Shown here: positions 11,328 through 25,200 of the stretch, piece by piece | Layout of the letters: each line of letters opens with the position of its first letter | Numbering within the stretch: the stretch's first letter is position 1 | Source of the DNA: Asterionella formosa | Lineage: Eukaryota | Reading direction: 5' to 3' | DNA length: 44,131 nt | Assembly (NCBI GenBank): GCA_002256025.1 | Contig: NKIB01014367.1 | Span: forward strand, 1 to 44,131 | The notes under the pieces: model-generated | Databases searched by the model: none | Told to the model about the DNA's origin: nothing | The model's input: the letters and a program-made list of their open reading frames with translations, nothing else | Position numbers and translations under genes: made by a program

Positions 11328-11864
11328 ATTATTATTATTATTATCATGTTGTTCTTCCAAACACCGTGCTCGTGCTGTAATTCCTGGAATATAAAAGCTG
11401 GAAGCTTGTGATTTGTAGGAATGTACACCATCACAATGATCACAATCACAAGAATGACAGTTAGTATCATTCTGATGTTGTCCCGCCTGCTCCGACGTGG
11501 AACACGATTGGCAAACATGATGATGAGTATTATTGTGTCCATCATGTTGACGATATTCATACTGATCATGGTGACGTTGTTTGACTACTAAAGCTGAGGC
11601 TGACGTTGATAAAAAAATACCAGTAAGATCCGGAGCGAAATAAGAAAAGGAGGGAGGATCATGTGGTGGAATTGTTCTACCAGCAGTAGTAGTTCTTGAC
11701 TTGTAATGATGCCGATGATGCTGATGTATTTGATGTAGTAGTAGTTGGTGTTGTTGTTTCTGTTGAATGTTTGGCATGGAATCATGTCCTTGTGCTTTTT
11801 TTAACAACGATCCACGTTGTTCACTTGGAGCAAACGAAACAGGCAGCATGGAAGCAGACCGCAT
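10749..11864 (-). CDS. Hypothetical protein (~371 aa), divergent member of the IPG-x-x-[GA]-x-AR family with H/Q/N low-complexity expansions
   Basis: First ATG at 11864 (track start is TTG). FYIPGITARARCL matches MFIPGITGRARCL at ~34407; EFLQSQLCTFRSLL resembles DSLNMQLSNIRRLI in 37802-38719. Confidence 0.75.
11295..11343. repeat. (GTT)n(ATT)n trinucleotide run encoding poly-Asn on the minus strand
   Basis: Read directly. Confidence 0.9.
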
Positions 11865-13238
11865 GATGGTTCCGTTTTGCTTTGCTTTGCTTTGCTTTGC
11901 AACAGAAGCAATTATGTTACAATTAAAAGTTCTCAATCGTCGAGATGGTAAAGAAAAATAATGGTCATTATGATCATAAGTTGTTTGCTTCTGCAAACCA
12001 GACTTCTTGTTTTCTGCTTTCCCCTAATATACGGTACTCAGTTTATATGCTATTAGAATTGCGAGCGAGAATTCTTGATTCACTCATCAGCTCACACGGA
12101 TATTAGTATCCGTGCAGACATTGAAGCTACGTGGTGTTAAATCTCTTGTTGTGACACTCATTCGGGAATGGAACAACAATATATAGAGCTATTTATTATG
12201 AACTCAGCAATGAGAACTGCAAAACCGGTAAGTGTGAACTGCATATCCGGGTGCGATGCAAAATAAATGAAAAATTAAATATACATACCAAGGAATACTG
12301 CCTACCGGAATATATATATATCTTTTTTATTTAAGGAATAATCAATCCTTGCTTCTAGAAGTCCTTTACTTTCTACTTAGCTCTCCGTACTTTTTTTCCC
12401 GTAAATGAGACATTGCAAATGGCTACACCAAGAATATAGTATAAATTTATGGCTTTGTCATAAATCAATAGGAAAATGATTGTGATGTCGTAACATTATT
12501 TATAATGGTTTATGTAATAAGTACAGTAACAGTAGACTATCATATACCGATACATAAATATATGCCGGTATAAACATGTTAATTAAATAGGGGGATTCGG
12601 ATTCGGGTACCGGTATGCTTTGGATTCCTGCCACTTATTTTATTTACATCGACATTTGTTACCGGTAAATTAAATTTGAGTACATACCGGTAGCTACATA
12701 CTCGTGATTCGTGAAATTGTTTCGACCAACACATGACGCACTTCAAGTTACGTCCATCATCCCTGTGCGTACCGGTAGTAGTATCATGAGGCCTTGTTCA
12801 TGACAAAGGGCGGAGAGAGAGCATGGCGTACCATGCAACAATGCTACCGGTACATAGTATCTAGCATTATGGATTCATTTTCCGAAGGGTCTACCTTACC
12901 CATCAGTTCTTGTTGTAGCAGAAGCAATAATGCACTGATGATGGTATTGACAACTTTAAATTTGACATCCTTATAATATTAGAACCACTGTAATCACCCA
13001 TATGATAGAGTTGAACTGTCGTCACTGTTTGATGTATTAGTATCAGAACAGACTATCCAGGAAGCCTTTAGCTCGAGCTCACGTAACTGGCATTCAGATC
13101 TCGAAATGCATTTAGTGGAAGTGTTGTATGTGCATATCTTTACCACACCTCTTCACAGCAGACAACTTCATTGTCCTCGCTATTATCACAATTTCTAAAT
13201 CTATAGTAAATAGCAGATGGAGAAACTCATTTCAAAAC

Positions 13239-16200
13239 TTAAATTCCTGGGGATTCAGCATGGTGAAAGATTCGTCCATCGGGAAACGTCTCAATGCCAA
13301 AGCCATAGGGTTCATTATGTCGAAACTCGCCTTTGTAGGAACGACCATCTGGCCAAACGCATTCGCCTACACCCTCAAACATATTGTTTTTCCATTCTCC
13401 TTCATAGTATCCTCCTTCGGGAAAGTCGCATCGACCCCAGCCATTCTTGTCGCCATCTTCAAATTCACCAACGTAGATTGATCCATCGCTGAAAGCAAAT
13501 GTGCCATGTCCATGACGTACACCCTGAGTGAATGTTCCAACATATTTACCTGCCCCTCTACTTTGTGTGCCTTGTCCATGAAGTTGACCTTTCACAAATT
13601 CACCCAAGTAACAGTCACCGTTGCCTTCGCACAGCGTGCCGCACCCATCCCAATAACCTCCCTTCCATTCGCCCTCATAGACTAAACCATCATGATTGTA
13701 CACCATCTTACCAAATCCTTCAGGTACATCGAAATCGAGGGAGAGAGATCCTGAGAAAAATCCAGCATTACCTACTTGATCAATAAAAGTGAAATCCGTC
13801 ACTTGATATGTTTTGCCATTCTTTGGTGTATCAATGCCATCTGATTGTGTCCGGGATTGCTTTTCCTTTGCTGATAACTGACCAAAACATTTTGATTCGG
13901 AGGCATCGTTCGGTATTGAAGAAGTATTTTGAGGATCTTCGGAAGCCAAACTGAGTTCACTCCAGTGCTCATGTCGTTCCAAATCACCCACTTTGTTCCC
14001 TTCCGACAACATAAACATGGGTTCGCCACTAAAAGAAATTCGGTCTGGGGGTCCATGCAGTGAAGGAGCGCAACTATTGAGGTCTTCAGATATGTAACTG
14101 CATTGGCAACAACTTTCTGTTTGTTCCCATCCATTGTTCAATGCAACATCTCGAGGCGAATCACCCATGATTGCTCCACAAAAACACTTTTCTATGGTGT
14201 CGTTTCCAGATCGCAATTGATTGAGCTCGTCGGAGGATAAACTTGGTTGGCTGGAACTTTTATTGGATTCCTTCGTGTCAACCAGTATTGCCCCTGGCGG
14301 CGTTTCTGAAAATACTTGAAAGCTTGACAAGTCACCGGGATCTTGAACTGTATTTTCAATGTTGATATTCGTGAATGATGAATTCGATTCTTTCTCATTT
14401 TCTTCACAATTCTTTGAAACACCTGCCTCGCTTTGTCGATTTGCCTTCCAAATAGATACTCGATCTAACCACTTAAGTCTAGAGGGCTTTGGCGATGAAG
14501 CAGCAAAAATGTCCTGCTCTGGCGATGGAAACTGTTCAATGACCTCTTCACACAGCTCCAAGCCTTCATTAATTACCTCAGTGTACGAATTGTTCAAGGT
14601 CCCTGCATCTAAATCTATGAAGAAATCAGGATCTGAAGGTTCCACCAGAACCTTGTCGCCTGCGAAGTTCGATTCCATCCATCCCTCGTCCTGATCCAAG
14701 GAGTCGACCTCTAAAGGGACATGCATGGATCCTCCCCCATGAGATGCTTCTCGTGACACACTCGGGACCTCTTCAGCTATCGCTGTTTCTTCACCACAAA
14801 GTCGTTTCTGTTCGGGCCAGCATTGCTGTCCTCCCTCCAGGGTCTGCTCTACAGACTCTTGAGCAAATGGTTCCCCCTTGTGATGATCTTGCACTTCAAT
14901 TATGGCTATCTTTGGACTTTTTGTGCATGACTCTGTCAAGGAATTGTAGCCTAATGTGTTTGTGCAATTCATTACAGTAGGCGCATCCTGGACGACCTGT
15001 TCTGAATGGTAACACTTGAGCCCCTCAGATGCTAACTTAAAATCATCTTGACCTTGGTCTTGCACAATTGTATCTGCAATTGTTGCCTCCCGAGCTAAAA
15101 ACTTCGAAAATGCTCGACCACCAGTAGGAACTTTCGGAACTATAAGCTCTGCCTTTTCAGCTGTATCACTGTCGCCAATGTAATCTTTGCACTCAATGCT
15201 GTTTTCTTGTAAAATCTCCGTCGGGACATCCTTCACAGAAGCTTGACGAAAAGGGGCCTTCTTACGATGAGCTTGTGAGGGACGAAGACTCTTGCCAAAT
15301 TTAGGGACCAATTTTGATTCAATTATAGAATCAATGATATCTGGTTCCTCCTCTTCCTTCTCCACATGCTCAGGAACGGGCGCTCCATCACATTCAGCAG
15401 CTTCACGGTACTCGTGTAAGGTGAAAGTAGTTGAGGGAGAATTATTGATCTGCTGTGATGATGGAATTCGATCAATATTTTCGTCACAACGCACCAAGCC
15501 CTCATTAATTACCTCAGTGTGCGAATTGTTCAGAGTCACTGCATCTAATTCTATAAAGAAATCAGGATCTGAAGGTTCTACCAGAACCTTGTCGCCTCCA
15601 ATGTTTGTTTCCATCCATCCCTCATCCTGATCCAAGGAGTCGACCTCTAAAGGGACATGCATGGATCCTCCCCCATGAGATGCTTCTCGTGACACACTCG
15701 GGACCTCTTCAGCTATCGCTGTTTCTTCACCACAAAGTCGTTTCTGTTCGGGCCAGCCTTGCTGTCCTCCCTCCAGGGTCTGCTCTACAAACTCTTGAGC
15801 AAATGGTTCTCCCTTGCGATGATCTTGCACTTCAATTATGGCTATCTTTGAACTTGTTGTACATGACTTTTTTGGTTCACATAAAGAATCAATAATAGCT
15901 GATTCCTTCTCTTCCTTATCCACATGCTCAGGAACGGGCGCTCCATCACATTCAGCAGCTTCACGGTACTCGTGTAAGGTGAAAGTAGTTGAGGGAGAAT
16001 TATCGATCTGCTGTGATGATGGCATTCGATCAATATTTTCGTCACAACGTTCCAAGCCCTCATTAATTACCTCAGTGCACGAATGGTTCAGAGTCACTGC
16101 ATCTAATTCTATGAAGAAATCAGGATCTGAAGGTTCTACCAGAACCTTGTCGCCTCCAATGTTTGTTTCCATCCATCCCTCATCCTGATCCAAGGAGTCG

Positions 16201-19200
16201 ACCTCTAAAGGTACATGCATGGATCCTCCCCCATGAGATGCTTCTCGTGACACACTCGGGACCTCTTCAGCTATCGCTGTTTCTTCACCACAAAGTCGTT
16301 TCTGTTCGGGCCAGCATTGCTGTCCTCCCTCCAGGGTCTGCTCTACAGACTCTTGAGCAAATGGTTCCCCCTTGTGATGATCTTGCACTTCAATTATGGC
16401 TATCTTTGGACTTTTTGTGCATGACTCTGTCAAGGAATTGTAGCCTAATGTGTTTGTGCAATTCATTACAGTAGGCGCATCCTGGACGACCTGTTCTGAA
16501 TGGTAACACTTGAGCCCCTCAGATGCTAACTTAAAATCATCTTGACCTTGGTCTTGCACAATTGTATCTGCATTTGTTGCCTCCCGAGCTAAAAACTTCG
16601 AAAATGCTCGACCACCAGTAGGAACTTTCGGAACTATAAGCTCTGCCTTTTCAGCTGTATCACTGTCGCCAATGTAATCTTTGCACTCAATGCTGTTTTC
16701 TTGTAAAATCTCCGTCGGGACATCCTTCACAGAAGCTTGACGAAATGGGGCCTTCTTACGATGAGCTTGTGAGGGACGAAGACTCTTGCCAAATTTAGGA
16801 ACGAATTTCGATTCAATTAAAGAATCAATGATATCTGGTTCCTCCTCTTCCTTCTCCACATGCTCAGGAACGGGCGCTCCATCACATACAGCAGCTTCAC
16901 GGTACTCGTGTACGGTGAAAGTAGTTGAGGGAGAATTATCGATTTGCTGTGATGATGGAATTCGATCAATATTTTCGTCACAACGCACTAAGCCCTCATT
17001 AATTACCTCAGTGTGCGAATTGTTCAGAGTCACTGCCTCTGGCGCTCCATCACATACAGCAGCTTCACGGTACTCGTGTAAGGTGAAAGTAGTTGTGGGG
17101 GAATTTTCGATCTGCTGTGATGATGGAATTCGATCAATATTTTCGTCACAACGCACCAAGCCATCATTGAAAACCTCAGTGCACGAATTGTTCAGAGTCA
17201 TTGCCTCTAATTCTTTGAAGAAATCAGGATCTGAAGATTCCACCAGAACATTGTTGTCTCCATTGTTTCTTGATTCAATTATAGCATCAATGATATCTGA
17301 CTCCTCCTTTTTCTTCTCCATTTGTTCAAGAACGGGCGTTGCATCACATACAGCGGCTTGACAGTACTCGTGTACGGAAAAAGTAATAGAGGAAGAATTA
17401 TCGATCTGCTCTGATGATGGAATTCGATAAATATTTTCGTCACAAACCTCCAAGCCATCATTGAAAACATCAGTGTACGAATTGTTCAGAGTCACTGCCT
17501 CTAATTCTTTGAAGAAAAAAGGATCTGAAGATTCCACCAGAACCTTGTTGTCTCTATTGTTTCTTGATTCAATTATAGCATCAATGATATCTGACTCTTC
17601 CTCTTTCTTCTCCATTTGTTCAAGAACGGGCGCTGCATCACATACAGCGGCTTCACTGTACTCGTGTATGGAAAAGGAAATTGAGGAAGAATTATCGATC
17701 TGCTGTGATGATGGCATTCGATCAATATTTTCGCCACAACGCTCCAAGCCCTCATTAATTACCTCAGTGTACGAATGGTTCAGAGTCACTGCATCTAATT
17801 CTATGAAGAAATCAGGATCTGAAGGTTCTAACAGAACCTTGTCGCCACCAATGTTTGTTTCCATCCATCCCTCATCCTGATCCAAGGAGTCGACCTCTAA
17901 AGGGACATGCATGGATCCTCCCCCATGAGATGCTTCTCGTGACACACTCGGGACCTCTTCAGCTATCGCTGTTTCTTCACCACAAAGTCGTTTCTGTTCG
18001 GGCCAGCATTGCTGTCCTCCCTCCAGGGTCTGCTCTACAGACTCTTGAGCAAATGGTTCCCCCTTGTGATGATCTTGCACTTCAATTATGGCTATCTTTG
18101 GACTTTTTGTGCATGACTCTGTCAAGGAATTGTAGCCTAATGTGTTTGTGCAATTCATTACAGTAGGCGCATCCTGGACGACCTGTTCTGAATGGTAACA
18201 CTTGAGCCCCTCAGATGCTAACTTAAAATCATCTTGACCTTGGTCTTGCACAATTGTATCTGCATTTGTTGCCTCCCGAGCTAAAAACTTCGAAAATGCT
18301 CGACCACCAGTAGGAACTTTCGGAACTATAAGCTCTGCCTTTTCAGCTGTATCACTGTCGCCAATGTAATCTTTGCACTCAATGCTGTTTTCTTGTAAAA
18401 TCTCCGTCGGGACATCCTTCACAGAAGCTTGACGAAATGGGGCCTTCTTACGATGAGATTGCGACGGACGAAGACTCTTGCCAAATTTAGGGACCAATTT
18501 TGATTCAATTATAGAATCAATGATATCTGGTTCCTCCTCTTCCTTCTCAACATGCTCAGGAACGGAAGCTCTAGCACATGCGCTAACACCGCGATACCCT
18601 GAGAAATGACGAAGAGTTTTGACTGATTCAGATTTCACTGATAATTCAATCTGATCGTCATCCGCGTGTGAGCCCCCCTCATGACTCGCTCGATGAGATT
18701 TTAAGTCTGACACAACATGTGATAATTTTGATTTATGGGGTGCTGCATGACAAGGAACACTTTTGAGTTCATCTGAAAATGTCAACATTTCACTCAGTCC
18801 TTCAATGCTACTTTCTTGATTGATGTTCTGCAACGAGACGTAGTGTAATGATTTAGGAAGTCCTTGTCCAGAAGGTGCAGAGTGGAGCTCCTCGGACGCC
18901 ATCATCAATTCTTTTTTACCATTGCGATCGACCATTTCTTCTGGCGCCCAAAACTTTGCACCTGCCCTAGCAGGAGAAACTACCGGTACAAACTCAGTCT
19001 TTTCATTTTCACCTGGAGGACTGTTTCTAATATCATGTCCACTCGACTCGAAGAGCGCCTGATCACATGGGCCTTTTGTATGGAATAATTGGAGAGAACT
19101 TTTGCTTTTACCATCGTCGTCAGTGTTTAACTTCTCCTCCGCATGGGACAGAGAAACAGGCGCAGATCTACGAAAGCTCGGTATTGTGGATTCTCCTAAC

Positions 19201-22200
19201 ACGGACGGTATGCGAGTTGGAATTGCTGTCGACACACTTGGTTTCCTCGGTCCTACTTTCTTCAGCAAGTGTTCCAGAAAGTTGGATTGGGGCACCTTCC
19301 TAGGGCTTCCTTGTACTGCAGGTTCCCCCTTGTGGTCCACTGTTGTGGAACTCACTTCGAAATGTTTAAGTGGCTTTGCCTCACGACAATGGATTTTTGC
19401 GGATGGTTGACTACTTGGTTCTCCAGGAGGTTTAATCTTGATCTCTTCAAAAGTTTGACTTTCTCCATAATGGCCCCAGCGCTGCCCTTGGCGGTGATCA
19501 AACCATTCTTCTCCGGCACAATCTTCTTTCTCGGACACGTGATCAAATTGTGTGAGGCGCCCCTCGCTTGCGGGTGCACAATTGTCCTCGTAAAACTCGT
19601 ACAAAGAGTTGTCCCCATAATCCTTATGCTCCCGGCTATATAATTTTTCAGGAGTGGAGGTGAGAATCTCGGATTCTAGAACAACTGAGCTTTCAAGAAT
19701 TGAAATTTGAGGCTTCTCACGATCATTCTGCTTTTCCAAGGCATGAAGGAAACCAAATGAACCTGGATTTCCAGGCTCTTGACCTGAACACAAAGGCTTG
19801 ACTGATTTGGTTATGGAACCCGAAGTAGGTTCAATCTTACTGACCAGCGCTTCCAAAGTATCTACATCATATTTTCGCAACAATGCCAGTAAAGAATCAG
19901 TACCGAACCAGTGGGTCTTTTTTTGGGCCACTTTTTGCGACGATTGTTGTTCTTTGATTTGCTCCGGTAGCGAGCTTTCACTATCTGTCGAGCCTTGAAA
20001 CATTATCCAATTCAGCTTCGGAACGTGCTCATTGTCAAGTTGGATTTGCCGTTGGTTGCTTTGTACTGGGGACACATTCTGGAGCTTCTCGGATTCCAAA
20101 CTCGGCAAAATATTTGCAGCTAAGCCACGAGAAACGCTCTCGACTTTGTCACATTTCTGGTTCAACTCTTCGTGCTTTGGAAATCGATCAAAGTTCATTG
20201 CTCGATGTGACGACACTAGAGGAGTTTTGTCCCATTGCATTTCATTTTGAATTTCTGGAACCAATGAAGGATTGAATAATTCGTCTGAAAACCTCGGCTC
20301 AAACCAGTTTTTCTTTACCGACAAATTGCGAGTGACCTCGCTTGGTAATGTCGTGCTTGACGCAGGGTCATTCAGGTCGAGCTCCTGAGTAAACGTTTTC
20401 TTCACCGACTCTTGATAGCACATGTTCGCTTTGAGAGTTTCGTCCAAAAGCCCGTGCTGGATTGATGTGAATTCACTTCTACCATTGTCGTTTTCTGAGT
20501 ATCTCGCATCTGTTCCGCTAAATGACTGTACACTAACCACCTCGTTTTCAATGGGCTCTGGATAAGTGAGCCCATTCTTGAGTCTTGTGGATGTCTCAGT
20601 CGTTGCAGTGCAACCTTCCTTGATTTCCAAAGCATCAGTTTCTCTATGTTGGTGCAACGCTAATGAGGGCGTACGATGACGAGAGAATGTATTGCGTGGT
20701 AAACGCAATACATTCGTAGTCGTCACCTCCTTGGATTCCAAAGTCGGTTCAAACAAAACTTCGTCGTCCTTCGATGCAAATGATTTCACCATTGGTGTTA
20801 AATAGTTTAGGTGCTTACCATGTGAGCGTTGTTTCAGGAGCCCATGACCAGGATGGGCACCCTTGCTCCCGACAGAAACTGTTTTTTCATCCAGCTTCTT
20901 TGCGTCGACCTTGGCCCCTTCTTCCATCTCCGATACAGTTTGTACTAGACTCGAGCCATTATCTATGTGCGCTTTTCTTGCAACATCGTTCTTGAGCCTT
21001 GTGAGTGTAGTCACATTCATTGCACCCTCACTATCGTGATTTTCCAAGGCATTCACTTTGCCATCAGCAGTTCGGTTTTTTGATGGCTTGAGCGATAAAT
21101 GATCAGTCTTGGGTTTCAATGATTCAGAATTTGGTTCATGGAAGGCTTCATCTTCCTTTACTGTATTACTTTTTTCTAATGGCACAACATTCAGTTGCTG
21201 ACCATGTGAGAGACGTTTTGGGGGAGTGTGATATGAAGGTACATGCTTACGCTCGACAGAATTTAATTGGCATTCTCCCCAAATCCTTGCCATTTCGCTT
21301 CTGAAATTTCTGGATGGTGAATCGAATCCTTTGTCGTTGACGCCTTTAGAAAACAGGGATTGCGCACCTTCAACGGATGCCGCAACAGCAACAGCCTTTA
21401 TGTCGTATGCTACATTCTGATTTAACCGTGAGCCCATGTCTGAACCGGAATTATTCACCACCAAAGGATCCACGCTGTTATCTTCTTTATTTTGATCGTG
21501 AAACACCACAGGAGAAAATAGTAGCAGGTCATCCAACTCGTCCACTTCCCGACTTTCAAGGACGTTTAGTGGCTCTGTAGCTGTCAGGTCCGATCGGCAA
21601 TGCTCCGGCGGAATCGTGTAAAGCACTACCAGATCCTCAGACTGCTTCACTGTCGTCCTAAACAGAGAATCATTATTTCGTTCCGTGGGGGGATGTGCTT
21701 GGTCTTCTTGTGTTGATGTTATTCCATTTCGCCTCAAATTCTTGTTCATGACCTTACCATCATCTTTCACTTCAAATGATAATCGTTCATAATTTAATTC
21801 TTTTTCGAATTGAACTGGTTTTGTAGCCCCATCTTTGAGCCTAGTGAGTGTAGGCGCATGCTTTTTCTGATACTTCAAATCATCAACTTTGCCATGAGTG
21901 ATTCGATCGGATGGCTTGGGTAGTACATGCATAGACTTGGGTTCCAATGATGTAGAATTTGGTTCATGACAAGCTTCGTCATCCTTTGAGCTATCGTTTT
22001 TTAAGTTTGCCGGCGAAACCTTTACTTGCTGACTTAGTGAGCGTCGTTTCGAGGGATTGTAATCTGAAGGCACCTGCTTGCGCCCGCCAGAAGCTACTTG
22101 GAACTCACTCCAAATTTTTGCCACATCAATTTTGAACTGCATCGAATCTAATCGGTTGTCGCTGACGCTTTTGGGAACCAGGGATTGCGCGCCTTTAGAA

Positions 22201-25200
22201 GAAACAGCCTTAATTTGGCACGTTTCTTTCGGATTTGGTGGCGAACCCACGTCAAACTTAGTCGCCGTCCACACATCATCATCCATGCTGCTGTTTTGAT
22301 TGCGTTGATCGTGGAATACAACGGGAGAAAATTGTAACAGGTCATCCAGCTCGTCTCTTTTTCTAGTTTCTAGTATGTGTAGTGGCTCTGTGTGTATAAA
22401 AGTCTCAGGAGTAATCATATCAAGCACTGCCAGATCCTCAGCCTTTTCCTCTGTCGTGGTTGACGAAGAAACAATCATATTTTCTTTAAAGCCATATGTC
22501 GAAGGATGTGCATCGCCTTCTCGAGTTGTTGTTTGGGCATTCCACCTCCAATTCTTTATCTCGGCCTTAACTTCACCTTTAATTTCTGGTTGTGATTTCT
22601 CAGACTCCATTTCGCGTGGCATTTTTTTGGTAATCTCGTTCTTAAGCCTTACTGATGTAGTAACGACCTCACTACCCTGAATTTCCTGTTTTTCTAAATC
22701 ATCAGCTTTGCCATGAGAAATTTGTGTAGATGGCGTAGTCAGTACATGCACACTCTTGAGTTCTACTGATTCCGAATTCGCTTCACAAATGGCTTTGTTT
22801 TCCATCACTACAGGTACAGCCTTGAGTTCCACTGATTCCAAGTTTAGCTCACAAAAACCTTCGTTGTCCTTTAAGCAATCTCGTGTTTCCTTCGAAGGGA
22901 CATCGTTCTGTTGCTGACCAAGTGAGAGTCGTTTCAGAGTATTATGACCTGAAGGTACATGCTTTCGTCTGCCAGAATCTAATTGAGATTCACTCCTTAT
23001 TCTTGGTATTTTGTTTTTGAAATTTCTGGATAGTCGATCGAATCGATTATCTTTGACACTTTTAGAAATCAGTAATTGCGCGTCTTTAACCGAATCAGCA
23101 CTTGTTTGGTGAAGTACATTCTGATTTAGCGGCGAATCCATGACCAACTCAGACGTCTGTGATACGTCATGACCCGTGCGGTTGCCTTGATTGTTGTGAT
23201 CGTGAAATTCTAAGGGAGAAAATAATAAAAGTTTATCCAGTTCGTCAACTTCCGGACTAATCAGGCGAAGTGGCTCCGTAGCTGTCAGGATGTGTGTAAC
23301 AACCTCTGGCGAAACGCTGTCACGCTCTATCATGTCCTCTACTATCTGCCCTTTCTTTGGTAACAGGCGATCAATATTTCTCGCTGCAAGGCAATCGGTT
23401 GATAAAGAACTTGCTCGATATTCGCCCGTTGTTTTGATTGCGCTCCATCTAAATTCATTTAGCGCGGCCTTAACCTCCTCTTCCACCTCCAATGATGATT
23501 GTTCAAAACCTGCTTCTTGGCCAAGATGGTCAATGCCTCCAACCTTAATTTTGAGAATTGCGGGTGCAGTAACATTTGGTGCAGCCAGTACTTCCTTATT
23601 TTCCCAATCATTACCTTGTATATTTCGGTGTATTATGGAAACTGGAGTATGAGTGATGCTGTGGGGTGATTTATGCATTCGACGCAAATTTTGGCGTTTC
23701 ACTCTCTCCTTTCGTGGCGAATCAGTGTGAGAAGTCGGGAACACCAAATTTGTGCTAATTTTGTGTTGATCGTGAAAAACAACAGGAGAAATTGGTAGCA
23801 CTTCATCCATCTGATTAACTTTTTCACGTTCAAGTACCTGTGGCGGCTCTGTAGCTATCAGGTCACCTCGACAAGTGTTTTTCGGAATCATATCATGCAC
23901 CGCTAGATCCTCCACATTTTTCTCTGTCGTCGTTACCGGGCAATCAATCCTATCTTTGGATAGTAGGCTCTGCGTTGAGGAAAAATATGGATCGTCTCTA
24001 CTGGTTTCTGGTACCAAACCCTCCTTCAATTTCTGTATAGAAGCATTCAACTCGTCTTCCATATCCGATGGATGTGTCATTGTTTCTAATAGTGTGGTTG
24101 TACTATTCGTGTCCCAATTTCCCGACGATAGTTTGAGCGTTTCCTCAATCTCTTCCAACAGTTGCGATGTACTTTTCAAGTCATACGTGCCTGACGATGA
24201 CGTTTCCATGTCAAGGCTTCTGGTTCGTATAGCAAGCATGGCCACAGGTAAGCTTCCCATCGGTTTCGAAATAGAACAATACTTATTATTATTGCGAGCT
24301 TCCGCTAATAATGTTCGATTGGGTATTATAGATAGTGGTTCGTCATGTATCGGTAGATGCTGTCCTGACGATGACGTTTGCATGTCAAGGCTTCTGGTTC
24401 GTAAAGCAAGCATGGCCACAGGTAAGCTTCCCATCGATTTCGAATTAGAACAATACTTATTATTATTGCGAGCTTCCACTAATAATGTTCGATTGGGTAT
24501 TGTAGATAGTGGTTCGTCGTGTATCGGTAGATGTTTTTGGTCAGATGCGACAGTTTCCATGGGTAAATCACCGTCGAACAGTTGTTCAAGTGTTTGGGGG
24601 ACAAGTTTATTTGCCTCCATCATCTCATCATCATTCGAGTCCTTTCGTTTTGGTGCCGACCGGTACGCCTTTTTTCGCTTAATCAACGATTCCACGCTAT
24701 TGTTAGTGTAGGAGCCAATTAGTGTTGGGCTCGTCCTGGCCACAGATGCCTCCTTTGACATGAAATTTTTTACCATGAACGGTTCTGGAAGGACTCGTTC
24801 TCTCAATGCGATCTGCTGATGTTGGACCTCCATACTAAGCGGGGCGGTGTCCTTTGTAGTATCAGCTGAACCTTGTGGCGGTGTTGACCATATCGTTCTG
24901 TCTGTGAAAACGTTGACCACAGATGCTCTTTTATTTTGTAATAGAGCTAATGATGGATAATTTTCAATCTTAGCTGATTCTGGATGAACCGTAATGGTCT
25001 GGCCAACCCATGAATCAGGGATGATTCTGTATCGTTGCTCCCGAGCGCGCATGGATGATCTCGCTCGTTTCTTCTTCCTTTTCCCCCTATTGTAGTTTTC
25101 AGCATCATCTGCTTCTTCTGTCATGGGCGGAGCAACGTCATTGTGGTACTCATTGTTCGTGGTTTTGGCAGAGGCTGAGTGCTTCCATCGTCGTCGTTTC

